Part shown: piece by piece, positions 1-12,084 of the stretch
Position numbering within the stretch: position 1 is the first letter of the stretch
Layout: each line of letters starts with the position of its first letter
Assembly: GCF_009914755.1 (NCBI RefSeq)
Contig: NC_060929.1
DNA length: 64,000 nt
Origin: the human T2T-CHM13v2.0 reference genome, Homo sapiens
Direction: 5' to 3' (one strand)
Made by a program: the position numbers and the translations under genes
Notes under the pieces: model-generated
Database searches by the model: none
The model's input: the letters and a program-made list of their open reading frames with translations, nothing else
What the model was told of the DNA's origin: nothing

Positions 1-518
1 CTTACAACTTGTTCTCTCTTTTCCTTAACTTTTATCCCCAAATAAGAATTTTCTTTGTTTTTGCTGCTGGGTCACAAGACATTTGTTCGTTTCATTTTTG
101 TTGCATGAGGTAAAGGGAACTTATGTAGTTCTGAGGAAGCAAAAATAAATGAATAGATAAAATAATATATGGCATACTATCTGTCTATCATCTATCTATC
201 TCTAGATGTGTACAGATACACATTTGTCAAAAATGGCTAGGTATATCACAAAGTAAATAACTGATATAAACATTATAAAACCTTAAAAATGCATATTTCA
301 CTATAAGTACACACGTAAATATATGTAAAAGAGGAATATCATTAAAGATAAAAAGAGTAACATATACACAAACAAAAAATTCATCAAGACAAAGCAATCA
401 CAAACGTATATTTCCAATAATATCTCAAAATTGTAAAGTAAAAACAGACCAAAAATAGAGGAAAAAATGTGTCGGACTTTAACCTATCTCTCTAAGAAAT
501 GGGTATAGAAAGCGGAAA

Positions 519-923
519 TTCTGGACATTAGCTCTTTGTCAGATGGATAGATTGCAAAAAATTTTCTCCCATTCTGGAGGTTGCCTGTTCACTCTGATGA
601 TAGTTTCTTTTGCTGTGCAGACCATCATTCTCAGCAAACTATCACAAGATCAAAAAGCCAAACACCACATGTTCTCACTCATAAGTGGGAGTTGAACAAT
701 GAAAACACATGGACACAGGGAGGAGAACATCTCATACCAGGGCCTGTCAGGGCAGGGTTGCGGGGGGTAGGGGGGGGCTAGGGGAGGGATATCTTTAGGA
801 GAAATACCTAATGTAGGTGACAGGTTGATGGGTGCAGCAAACCACCATGGCACATGTATACCTATGTAACAAAATTGCATGTTCTGCACATGTAACCCAG
901 AACATAAAATATAATTAAAAAAA
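519..923 (+). mobile_element. Short 5'-inverted L1 (L1PA7/8-like): inverted ORF2 piece 519-620, then sense ORF2 end/3'UTR/poly(A) 621-923
   Basis: 519-620 matches L1 ORF2 on the minus strand (cf. 57241-57340). 621-923 is an L1PA 3' end with a G-rich tract and A tail. TSD AGAAAG(C/T)GGAAATT at 507-520 and 924-937. Confidence 0.93.
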
Positions 924-1026
924 AGAAAGTGGAAATTGTATGGGTATAAAATATTTGATAAAAAGGTAATGGATATTTATTGAATCATAGCTCTGATAAA
1001 TAATATATATGCAAACACACACATAT

Positions 1027-1180
1027 ATTTCTCAACTTGGGAGATTTGTCTCCAGGGATATTTGGCAATGGCTGGAGATGGACATTTGGACATTTGGCGA
1101 CGCTGCTAACGTCCAACAATGCGTAGGACAACAAAGAATTATCTAGATCAAAATGTTCATAGTGCCTCTCTAGAGAACCT
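1027..1180 (+). mobile_element. MER20-like hAT-Charlie DNA transposon remnant
   Basis: TTCTCAAC...ATTTGGCAATG...CAACAAAGAATTATC...CAAAATGTTCATAGTGCC resembles the recalled MER20 consensus. Confidence 0.75.
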
Positions 1181-2299
1181 TTGATAGTTATTATATGTAA
1201 ATGTATATACACACATAAATGTATATTTCTATAGCTCTATATACATATTAGTATCTATATATACTATTCATATATCAATTAAAGAGACAATGTGACATTT
1301 GTTTCAGGTCTAGTATTAAAACAGATTTAACAAATTAAGTCTCCTTGTTCCTTGCTCTGCTAGGCAAATAGATCACAATATTTTTTCAAAAACCCTCTAA
1401 GTTGCTGTTATATATACATAAATTCAATATAATATTTGAGAGGGAAATTCCATATTTTACTGCATGGTATTTTTTTATTATGTAAGTTACCGTATTCCTT
1501 CAATCATTTTGTTTTTAGATTAAGTAGATATTTTGTATATTGTGACTATGGTGAATACATAATATTTTCTGCCCCAAAATACACAACTTTGAATGAATTG
1601 GTTTCCAACTTAACCCAAGATAGGTCGGTTTCTCTTTGGAGGTAAAATTAAAAGATTCCAGAGCATTTGGAAGCCACGTGTCCTAGGTCATAAAGGTGTC
1701 AGATGCCATCTTGGGCCCTGTCCTATTTTGCACTGCTAGCGTGAGCGATTATTACTAAATATAATACATCCTTCCAGTATTTTGAAAAAGAGAAAAGGTT
1801 AATACACACAGGATTATATAGTTTAAATGCTTATTAATGGGTGTTGGACACTACATATTAACTTACTCAAAACAAGCCAAAAAAAAATTCATTAGTTCTC
1901 AGAATCAAAACACACACACAAAAGCAGGGCGGAGTTCCTCCAGGGATTGGAAAGCTGTCAGGACTCTAGGCCTCTCACCCTTACTCACATCTGCATGTAT
2001 GTTATTTTTATTTTCTTTCACTGCAGATGCCTTTCTTTCTCTGGCAGAGAACAGCTTCTCTGGAAACTCTGCATTTGCATTTGTAAAGTGTCATCATCAC
2101 TAGGGGGAAGAAAATTCGCACACTCCCCCATTCAGTGCCAACTAAAAATGCAGGAGGAATGATTCTCCTAGATCAGGGAGAAAATACATCACAATTGATG
2201 GAGTATGAATCACAGTCAATGGAGCATACAATTTGTGATTCTGGTCAGAAACACACAAGTGGAGTGTGGAAGCCACCTCTGAAAAAGACTCTGTATCAT

Positions 2300-2652
2300 T
2301 GTTATGGGCTCCTCATATGTTGAAATCTTAACTCTGAGTACCTCAGAATGTGACTGTGTTTGGAGATAAGGTCTTTAAAGAGGTAAGTATGTTAAAATGA
2401 GGTTCTTAGGGTGGGCCTTAATCAAATATGAATGGTCTTTTTATAGGAGGCAGAAATTAGGGCACAGCTGTGTGCACATACAAAGGGACAATCATGTGAA
2501 GACACAGGGAGAAGATGGCCATCTACAAGCCAGAGAGCGAGATCTCAGAAGGAACTAACAAGCTAACGCCCTAATCTCAGACTTTCCTCCAAAACCATGA
2601 GAAATAATTTCTGTTGTATAGTATTTTGTTATGGCAGCTATAGCTACTAAGA
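2300..2652 (+). mobile_element. MaLR solo LTR, MLT1B-like
   Basis: TGTTATGGG start, TACCTCAGAATGTGACTG, GGGTGGGCCTTAATC, GGCCATCTACAAGCCAG and a TTTGTTATGGCAGC end. Confidence 0.85.
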
Positions 2653-5600
2653 GTTACTCAAAGAAGGGAATTAGTTTCTACTGAAATCAACCCATCTTCT
2701 TTTCCCATAAAAAAAATCAATAGTAAACCCAATAGATACCCATCATGAGACTATGCAACCAATACACATCTGGATGAAAGAAGAGATGATTATAAGGGCT
2801 TTTTCTTTGCTCTTATCTCTCTCTGTCAGGAATCATAGCACTGATCCCACTAAACGTTACATGATTCAGTCCACTTTCTCTATCGTTCCTATATTTCCAA
2901 GCTACTTATTTTTCTTTCATTTTTACTATTAAAATTCTTAATGGGTTCAGTAAGGTAGCTTAATACTAATAATTTAGTATAGAAAATGGCATGTCACAGT
3001 TATCATAACTCAGAATATGTTTAATGACTCAATCTGGCTCTAAGGCATGTTCTCAGCACTTTCTTCTCATAGCCTTTCACCATTCTCACCTACTTTGCTC
3101 AAGAAAACAATCTGCTGTCACATTCAATGTCTGTTTTTTTCCTATTCTAATAAAAACATTTATATGTATAAATTACACACTATTTGAGAATAAATACAAA
3201 GGTGTATTTTAAAGTTAAGACTCCTCTTTATTTAGCCAAGCCCAAAGTACCATATAATTGGGGTAGAAAACCTTTGAATTTTATTACAGTAAAAGAAAAT
3301 TGCAATATACATTTTACTTAGTGTTTTTAGAAAGATGTAGCATGCAATAAAAATTCATTTCAAAGCTACACAAACGGAAAGCATTTTCTCTTTCTCTTGC
3401 TTTTACTGTCAATCAACTTGCATTATTATTAAAAATACCGCAGGAAATATTTGCTACATCATTTTTTTCCTTGATGAAGATTCAGATGGGCTGAATCTTT
3501 GTATGGAAAATAATGCCAAATTCTATATGTAAGTATAGAAAATAAGGTTTTTCCCATATAAACCTTAAAAATTTCCAAAACCCCTATATACCAAAACTGT
3601 AAAAAACAGCAAATTTCAAATGTCACCTATAGCAACAAATGTTTCTTTCAAAATATTTTTAAGAATTTCAGTGAAAATAATTTCTACTCAACATACTCCT
3701 ACTCATGAAAAAGTTACGCTGAATTTAACTTTGCTCTGTTACATTGAGAAATTATAATTTGGGGGAAATTGAGTATAATAAAGATGTCCTATAGGGTATA
3801 GGAACATAAAAATTACCTTTCCTGTTGAAAGTTTTCATATGTGTCAATAGATCTGTGTATACTTGCTGCTATAATTATATGCAAATAGGTTTCCAGAAGT
3901 AATCATTGATAGTTAAAATCATGTTTTTCTGCATTAAGGCACACATAGCATGCATAAAATTATTTACCATACATAGTTGACAAACAAAACTCAATTCATA
4001 AGAGGTCAAACTCTAATCATTTTTAATACTTATTTTACTTTAAAAGGCAATATAAATTTAGTGAAAGAATCTGAAATGTTCTATCCAATTTGTATATAAT
4101 ATTGACACTGATGCAATTTTAAATAATGAAGATGCTTGCACTGCTTATCAGATGGGGTGATAGGATATTCAGTGGGAAAAAAAAAACCTTTTTTCAGATA
4201 TACTAAGCATCGGGGCAACAAGTGGTAGTAGCATTTTATCTGAGCAAAATTTTTTTCTCCTTTTTTATGTAAAAAAAAAAATTAGGCATACACATGGCAC
4301 CAAACCAGACTGAAGAATTTTTGTTTTGAAAGCCAGAAAGTACCTAAAGGAAAATTATTGATCATACCTTGGAGATGAAGTAGAAAAGAGAAGCTTTATA
4401 CTATCCTTTTTATAGGCCATTGAATAGTGGAGGGTCCACATAAGTCTGTCTCTAGACAGGCAAGGCAGGACAAATTAAATCAGAATTTTTTGCTCCAATT
4501 TGATCTAATCTGTTTGTGTAGATAAAAACCTCAAAGTTCCATCATGCCAAATATATCATCTTAAGCAATTGGTTTCCTTATCCTCTTTCCTTTGACATTT
4601 TATTCTGTGACAGACCAAGAAACAACACCAATTTCCTTTGGAGAGTTTAATTCACATCTGGAATATTTTAGAAAGCTTTCCTGATAGGAATAGCAATCTT
4701 AATATGAAAGCATTCACTTTTAATTACATCTTTAAATATCACATGATTTACTTGCATACAAATTGAAGTTCTGGAAAGAATGTCAAAGCAGCTTCAATAT
4801 TGATATAGTTGAATTCTTTCCCAAGGCCTGAAGAGAAATCTAGCAACCTGAGACACATTCTGAACTTTATAGCTAGCACATGGACAAGCATCTGACTACC
4901 CCAGGGAAATGTACACACTACAATAGTTTATTCAAAATTTTTCACAAGGGACTATTTAAGCAGTAAGGACTTACTGGAGGAAACTCCCCTGAGGATATTT
5001 AGGAAGACTGGACCCAGGGAGGAAAAGCTAGCTTATTTCCTGCATTTCCCTATTTCTTCTATAAAATATCTTCATGGTAGCAGAAAATGTAATCCTTTTA
5101 TCTTATTTTTGTAGTCATGGCAAATGTTCAAGTTTATTGAGCAGGTAGTAGGATCTAGTCTCTCTGTTCACATATTCTGCTACGCTCCAGGATACCTGCA
5201 TTTTAGGCATTCCTGAGAACTCCTTTACAAAGTGTCACTCTGTGCTCACCACACTAGAGGGTCATGCAGATCTGAAACTTGGCCAGCTGCCAACAGAGTT
5301 TAAAGGGCCAGACTCGTCAGGATTTATAGGAGATTTTATTAAGAGTTTATTTCATTTGGCTTGGGTTGAGGAGGAAACACCCACTACCTTTCCTTATTTG
5401 AGTGAATAGCAAAACCACAATACTCAAGGTGTGGTTGGAGACTCATGGCATAATTTCCTTTAGAAAGTGGAGTCCTCTGACTTATTTAATTTCTGGTTAA
5501 TTTATTGTTAATAGCACGCACTGCTCTTTTCAAACTATTTTTCTAGGAATTATAAAAAAATCGCACATGCCTCTTTTGCTTTTGTACATAGTATGTTTTC

Positions 5601-5682
5601 ACACTAAAAAGTGAAATCATAGTCAGAAAATTTAGTCATGAATGAACACATTCTGTGGTACCATAAGTTCCCTGATTGTTTT

Positions 5683-5850
5683 TGTACCTCAGTATACAAT
5701 TTACATTATGTAATGTAATCTGTATACTGAAGTACAGAAAAATTAATTATAAATTAATTCATTGAATTTAAATTAATTGAATTACATTTAATTCATTTAA
5801 TTGCATTAATTAATAAATTAATCTCTATACCTCAGTATACAGATTACATT
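5683..5850. repeat. Triplicated ~25-bp motif in direct/inverted/direct arrangement (hairpin plus spaced inverted repeat)
   Basis: TGTACCTCAGTATACAATTTACATT (5683-5707); inverted copy AATGTAATCTGTATACTGAAGTACA (5712-5736); direct copy TACCTCAGTATACAGATTACATT (5828-5850). Confidence 0.9.
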
Positions 5851-7097
5851 GTGCTGTATGACATTTGCTTTGGAATTATAGTTTTCTTTCAGCTGAGAGA
5901 AGGGGAACAGATTGATGAGCAATTAACCAGTTTCTGCCATACTCTCCATCATTTAATTAAACATAAATATATATTTAAATATATATATTTAATTACATAT
6001 CTTATTGAATAAAACAAGCTCCTATTTTGTTCATTGTCAATTTTATTGAGGAATAATTCATATATATCTTTAAATTGTACAGTTTAATGAGTTTTGCAAG
6101 TTAGAGATACCACTGACGCACAATCAAAATACAGAATATTTTCATCACCTCACAAGATATTCAGAGCACTTTTGCATTCTATTTCTCTTCAACCCTGACT
6201 GCAAGCAAACATTGATTTGGTTTTTGTCATTGTAGTTTATTTTGCATTGACATAATTGAAATTATACTTAATGTTCTCTCATATCTCTGGGTTTTTTTCC
6301 ATAACATAATGATTTTAAGATTAATCCATATTGCTGCATATATCAGTAGTTTATTCCTTTCATTGCTGAGTATTAGAGCTCCATTAGACAAAATATTAAA
6401 TACTGTTTATCTATTCACTGAAGGTGGAAACAGTTTTCCTAGTTTCGAACTTTTGTAAATACAATTGCTATAAATATTTATGCACAAGTCTTTGGACAGA
6501 CATATGATATCAATTATCTTGGGTAAATACATAGGCATAGAAAGATGGGGTTGTATGTTGTGTATGCAGCTTTTTATGAAACTGCCAAGTGATTTTCCAA
6601 AATGTTTATAGATTTGTAGCCCCATAATCAGTGAATGACACTTCCAGTTGGTTCACATTCTGGCCAATACTTGGTATTACCAAAGTTTTTCATTTTAGCC
6701 ATTCTAATGGTGTATACTAGTATCTCATTGTAATTTTGATTTGTATATCTCAGATGGGTAATGATTGTGAATGTCATCTTCTATATGCATTAAGCATTTA
6801 TTTGTATGTCTTCTACGGTGAAGTCTCTATTCAAACATTTTGTCCATCTTTTATTTTGATAAGATATGTTTTATTATTTTACTTCTTCTTTTTATGATTT
6901 TTAATGTTCTAGCCAAGAATAAATGTTGCTAACACCAATGAGAAAATAACTTTTCTATGTTTTTCATTTAGGACTTTTATTATTTTAGCTTTTATTTTTT
7001 GGTCTGTGATACATTTCAAGTTAACTTTATGTGCAGAGTAAGGTAAGGATTGATTTCTTCCCATGCATTTACCCACTTGTTTGAGCAAAAATTATTA

Positions 7098-7697
7098 AAA
7101 ACCACTATGGAAAACCGTATGGAGACTCCTTAAAGAACAAAAAGTAGATCTACTATTTAATCCAGCAATTTCACTACTGGGTGTCTACCCAGAAGAAAAG
7201 AAGTCATTATATGAAAAAGACACTCGCACACAAATGTTTAGAGCAGCACAATTTGCAATTGCAAAAATATGGAACCAGCCTAAATGCCCATCAATCAACA
7301 AGTGAAGAAAGAAAACATGGTGTATATATATAACATGGAATACTACTTAGCCATAAAAAGGAACAAAATAATGGCACTGATGGCAACCCAGATGAAGCTG
7401 GAGACGATTATTCTAAATGAAGTCACTCAGGCATGGAAAACCAAACACAGTATGTTCTCACTTATAACCAGGAGTTAAGCTATGAGGTTGCAAAGGCATA
7501 AGAGTGATACAGTGGACTTTGGGGCCTTGGGGGAAAAGGTGGGAGGGAGGGGTGGTGAGGGATAAAAGACTACACATTGGGTACAGTGTACACTGTTCCG
7601 GTGGTGGGTGCACCAAAATCTCAGAAATCACCACTAAAGAACTTATCCATGTAACAAAATACCACCTGTTCCCTAAGATCTATTGAAATAAAAAAAT
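7098..7697 (+). mobile_element. L1PB1-like 3' end nested in L1M
   Basis: GGGATAAAAGACTACACATTGGGTACAGTGTACACTG...ACCACTAAAGAACTTATCCATGTAAC followed by an A-rich tail. Confidence 0.88.
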
Positions 7698-7743
7698 TAC
7701 TTTCCCAATTGAATTGCCTTGGTAACTCTGTTAAAAATTAACT

Positions 7744-7745
<2 letters not shown>

Positions 7746-7779
<34 letters not shown>

Positions 7780-8040
7780 GCACACATATATATATAGTAT
7801 GATAAAGTGCGATATATAAAAATATCTATATTGCTATAGTACAGATATCTAGATAGATCATATTGATATATAGATCCTTAGATATCTATATTGATAGATA
7901 TCAATCTATAGATCTATCTAGATATAATGTGATATATAAATCCATATATCAATATGGATCTACTGATATACAGATATCTATATTCTACTATATATAGATA
8001 GATATAGATATAGATATAGATATATAGATTCTACATACAT
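7746..8040. repeat. (CA)n microsatellite followed by degenerate GATA/TATC/TA low-complexity tract
   Basis: CA run from 7746, then GATATCTA/TAGATC-rich sequence and (TAGATA)n around 7995-8025. Confidence 0.9.
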
Positions 8041-8811
8041 ATTTGTTTCTGGACTTTATCCCACTATGTTTAATCTACATATCTATCCTGCTACCAAAAC
8101 CTCATGTCCTTGATTAATGTCACTTTAAATAAGTCTTGAAATCAGGTAGTGTAGGTCTTCTGATTTGGTTCTTCTTTTTAATATTACTTTAACTATAGTA
8201 GTTTGTTTTTATTCCCATATATGTTTTAAAATCAACTTATGAAAATTTCAGAAAAAGACTGAGTATATTTATTTTAATTGCAATGAATATGTATCAATTT
8301 TTGAAGATCTGGAATATTAAGTTTTCTAATCCATGATCACAATAACTCTCCAATTATGTAGGTTTTCAATATTTAAAAATATGCTACAGTCTTTATCTTA
8401 GAGGTTTGCATATTTTTTGTTTAAAATATTCCTAGATATTTTGTAATTTTTACACATTAAATTTTTTAAATATTGAAATTTAGAATTTAGAAAAACACAA
8501 TTCATCTTTATATTAGCATTGTATCCTAAAAACCTCTAAACTTAATTTGTATCTGGTAGATTTTTTTTGTTGCTGTTCATTCCTTTAGATTTCCTAGGTA
8601 AACAATCAACAATCATGTCAACTGCAAGTAGTGTCAGTTTTATTTAGTCATTCCTAAACCGTATAACTTTTTTTTTGCCATACTGCAAAAGGTAGAACCT
8701 TCATACAATATTGAATAAAAGTGATAAAAGAAGATTTCTGTCCTTGTTCACTATTTTAGGAGAAATGCATTCAACAGTTCAACAGCAAAATGAAATAAAT
8801 TGTGTGTTATA

Positions 8812-10015
8812 ATTGTTTGATTGACTAGTGACAAACTACATATTTATAATATAAAACTGATGTTTTGATATATGTATACATTATGGAATGATTAAATACA
8901 ACTAATTAACATATTGATCACATAATATACTTAATATTTTTGTGATGAGAACATTTAAAGTCTACTTTCTGAGCAATTTTAAAATATGCTATGCATTATT
9001 ATTTTGTTGTTGTTTTCAAGACAGGGTTTCGCTCTGTCACTCAGTCTGGAGTGCAGTGGTGTAAACTCTGCCACTGGGGTTCAAATGATTGTCCTGGCTC
9101 AGCCTCCCAAGTAGCTGGGACTACAGGCACACACCACCACTCTCGGCTGATTTTTGTATTTTTAGTAGAGATGGGGTTTCACCATGCTGGCCAGGCTGGT
9201 CTGGAACTTGTGACCTTAAGTGACCCACCCACCTTGGCCTCCCAAAGTGCTGGGATTACAGGTGTGAGCCACCCTGCCCAGCCCATTATTATTAATTACA
9301 GTCACCCTGCCGACAATAGATCTCCAGAACTATTCCCTATGTCTAACTGAAATGTTTAACTGTTTACCCAACATCTTTGCCCTCCCAAGCAGCCCGTTAA
9401 CCACCATTCCACTTCCTGTTTCTATGAGCTAGATTATTAAATTCCACATATAAAGGAGATCATGAACAATTCGGCTTTCTGTGACTGGGTAGTTCACTAG
9501 ATATAATGTCCTCCAGATTTATTCATATTTTTGCAAATGACAAAATTTCTTTTTCTTTTTTAAGCTGAATAATACCATTGTGCATATGTACCACAATTAC
9601 TTTATCCATTCATCCGTTGATGAACCCTTTGGTTAATTCCATATCTTGACTATTGTGAATAATGCTGCAATGAACATCAGAGTGAAGATACCTTTTTGAC
9701 ATACTACTTTTATTTCCTTTAGATACATATTCAAAAGAGGAATTGGTGGGTTATATGGTAGTTCTATTTTTAAGTTTTTTGAGGAACCCCCATACATTTT
9801 TCAATATAACTGTAATATTTTACATTTCTACCAACAGTGTACCAGGGTTCCCTTTTCTCTAAGTCCTCACCACATATAATATATATAATCCATTCTTACA
9901 GGTGTGTAGTGATATCACATTGTTTAAATTTTCATTTCCCTGATGATTAGTGATGTTGAGCACCTTTCATATAGCTGTTGGTCTTTGTATATCTTCTTTT
10001 GAGAACACTCTAGTC
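8812..10015 (-). mobile_element. L1MA-type 3' end nested in L1M
   Basis: ATGTATACATTATGGAATGATTAAAT...GAGAACATTTAAAGTCTACT, then typical antisense ORF2 3' sequence, split by an Alu. Confidence 0.85.
9004..9283 (-). mobile_element. Alu (S/J class) with a small right-arm deletion
   Basis: Antisense Alu dimer. TSD CATTATTATT at 8994-9003 and 9284-9293. Confidence 0.93.
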
Positions 10016-10475
10016 AGGTTTTTACGTAGATAATCTTTATCAGTTTATAATGGTTCTCTTCAATTCCTAGTTTATTTATTTTTTAAATAAAAGAGGATTG
10101 ACTTTTTAGAAATGACTTTTCTAATTCTGTTAAAAGGATCATATGATTTTCTTCTTCATTCTGTGATGTATATTGACTGATTTTCAAGTGTTAAACTTTG
10201 CATTCTAGGGATAAACACACTTACTCATAATCTGTATCCTTTTTACACATTGCTAAATTTCCCAGTTGCATCCATGTATATCATTTTTATCGTAACGCTT
10301 TTACCCGATTTTATCAGAGAATAATGCACATCTCATAATATTAGCTGCAAATGTTTCCTCCTCTACCAATTTCTCTGAAAAGTTTGTGCAGAATTGGCAA
10401 TATTTCTTCCTTATTTTATGTAATTTACTAATTAAGCCACCAGGTCATTTAGTTGCCTTTGTAGGAAGTATTTAG

Positions 10476-10874
10476 TATTAGTTTACTAAGGCTGCCATAA
10501 CAAAATACCACAGACTGGGTGGCTGCAACAACAGTAATTTCTTTTTGTCTCAGTTCTGAAGGCTAGAAGTCCAATATAAATGTATCTGCAGATTTGATTT
10601 CTCTGGATGCCTCTTTCCTTGCCTTGCAGGAACTGCCTTCTGGCTGTATCTCACATTTCTTTTTATCTATGTTTGTGTGCATATCCCTGGTATCTATCTG
10701 TGTATCCAAATTTCTTCTTTTTGTCAGTCAGATGGTTAGGGCCCACCTTAATGGCTTCATTTTGAATTAGTTATTTTTTTGAAGATCTTATGTACAAATA
10801 CAGTCACATTTTAAGATACTAGGGGTTAGCACTTCAACATATCAATTTGAAAGGCACAGAATTAAGCCAATAAC
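10476..10874 (-). mobile_element. MaLR solo LTR, MLT1A-like
   Basis: TATTAGTTT...GGCTGCCATAACAAAATACCACAGACTGGGTGGC...TTAGGGCCCACC...CAAATACAGTCACATT. Confidence 0.85.
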
Positions 10875-11934
10875 TTTGCTAAAATAGAAATTCAATTTCT
10901 TTAATAGATACAGAGCTGTTCAGGTTGTTTGTTTCTCCCTGAGTGTGTTTTGTGCTCTATTTTTTGTATGTATGAACAGTTTAGCTAAGTGTTTGTCAAC
11001 TTTATTGATCTTTTTTTGAGAACCAGCTTTTAGCTTTGTTAATTTTCTCTATTTTCTGCTTTTTCTTTCGTTGTTTCTACTCATTATTTCAGTTTTTATA
11101 TATGTTGGCTTTACTGTAATATTCCTAACTTCTTGAAAGAATGTTTGATTTTAAATCTTTATTCCTTACTAATATAATCATTTAATGCTGTAAATGTCTC
11201 CTCTAAATAATGCTCTAGCTACATAGTTCATGTGTTGGTATCATGTATTTTTATTATCATTCAGTTTAATTTTTTTCTGATTTTCTTCTTCTTTTTTGCT
11301 GTGTTATATGAAGCAGTTTATTTAACTTTTTAATATTTGATGTTTTCCTAGATATCTTATTATAACTAGTTACTAATTTAATTCTGCTTTTGTCAGAGAA
11401 CATCCATGATGTGGTTTCATCTGATATATATTTATCAAGATTTGTTTTATAGTTAGCCCTGCATGTGCTCCAATTTTACTATTTTCTAGTTTGGTTTGTT
11501 GTATTGTTTTAATAAGGACAGTTTTTGTTAACTAGGCCTTTTGGTACATATGCATGTTTTCCATTAAAAAGTGAATGAGCTTAATATGCAGCTTCAAGGT
11601 TTGGACCAAAAGACATGCAATACATGCATTAAGACAGGAGTTTCATATACCCAAAAAGTACTGTTCAAAATCTTTTTAAATTAGTAATATTTCAATTTTT
11701 CCAATCATTTCTGAGCATTTTGAGCTAAATAAGATGCCTGTAAGTGGATGAGTATTAAGTATCCTAAATAATTATTTGATAAATCCTAATTTACTTCTTA
11801 TCAGTATAGTACTAATCACATCAAGAAAAATAGTCAATTAATTTTATTTAATTCAATAAAATTAAAGAACTACTCGAATTGTCACTGATAAGTCATTTAG
11901 CAAATAATTCTGTTGATAGACCTCTAGGTGTATT

Positions 11935-12084
11935 GTTGTATTTTTGTTTTTGTTTTTTCTTTTTTGGTTGAGACAAGGTTTTGCCATGTTGAAAGGCTGA
12001 TACTAAACTCTCGGGCTCAAATGATTCACCTGTCTTGCCCTCTCAACGTATTAGGATTACAGGCATGAGCCACTACACCCAGCC
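11935..12084 (-). mobile_element. FLAM_C-like Alu monomer
   Basis: Single left-arm-like monomer preceded by a T-rich tail, with GGGCTCAAATGAT (J/FLAM type). Confidence 0.85.

Larger units (their letters stand above)
6035..11460 (-). mobile_element. Old L1M (L1MC-ME class) 3' half, fragmented by nested insertions
   Basis: L1M 3' end at ~6040 (TTTATTGAGG...TACAGTTTAATGAGTTTTG). Degenerate antisense ORF2 resumes at ~7700, ~8040, ~10020 and ~10880. Confidence 0.8.

Noticed and set aside
1600-2290. Possible old LTR remnant or coding exons (ORFs at 1837-2323)
   Set aside because: LTR-like in character but I cannot assign a family; the ORFs are short with no recognisable homology.
4975-5058. Minus-strand exon candidate ending at a GTAAGT donor
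   Set aside because: Weak acceptor and stops in all three frames; insufficient support.
8991-9350. 119-aa ORF and similar ones at 15035, 31658, 32712, 34471, 34825, 50161, 54853
   Set aside because: Typical Alu-derived translations.
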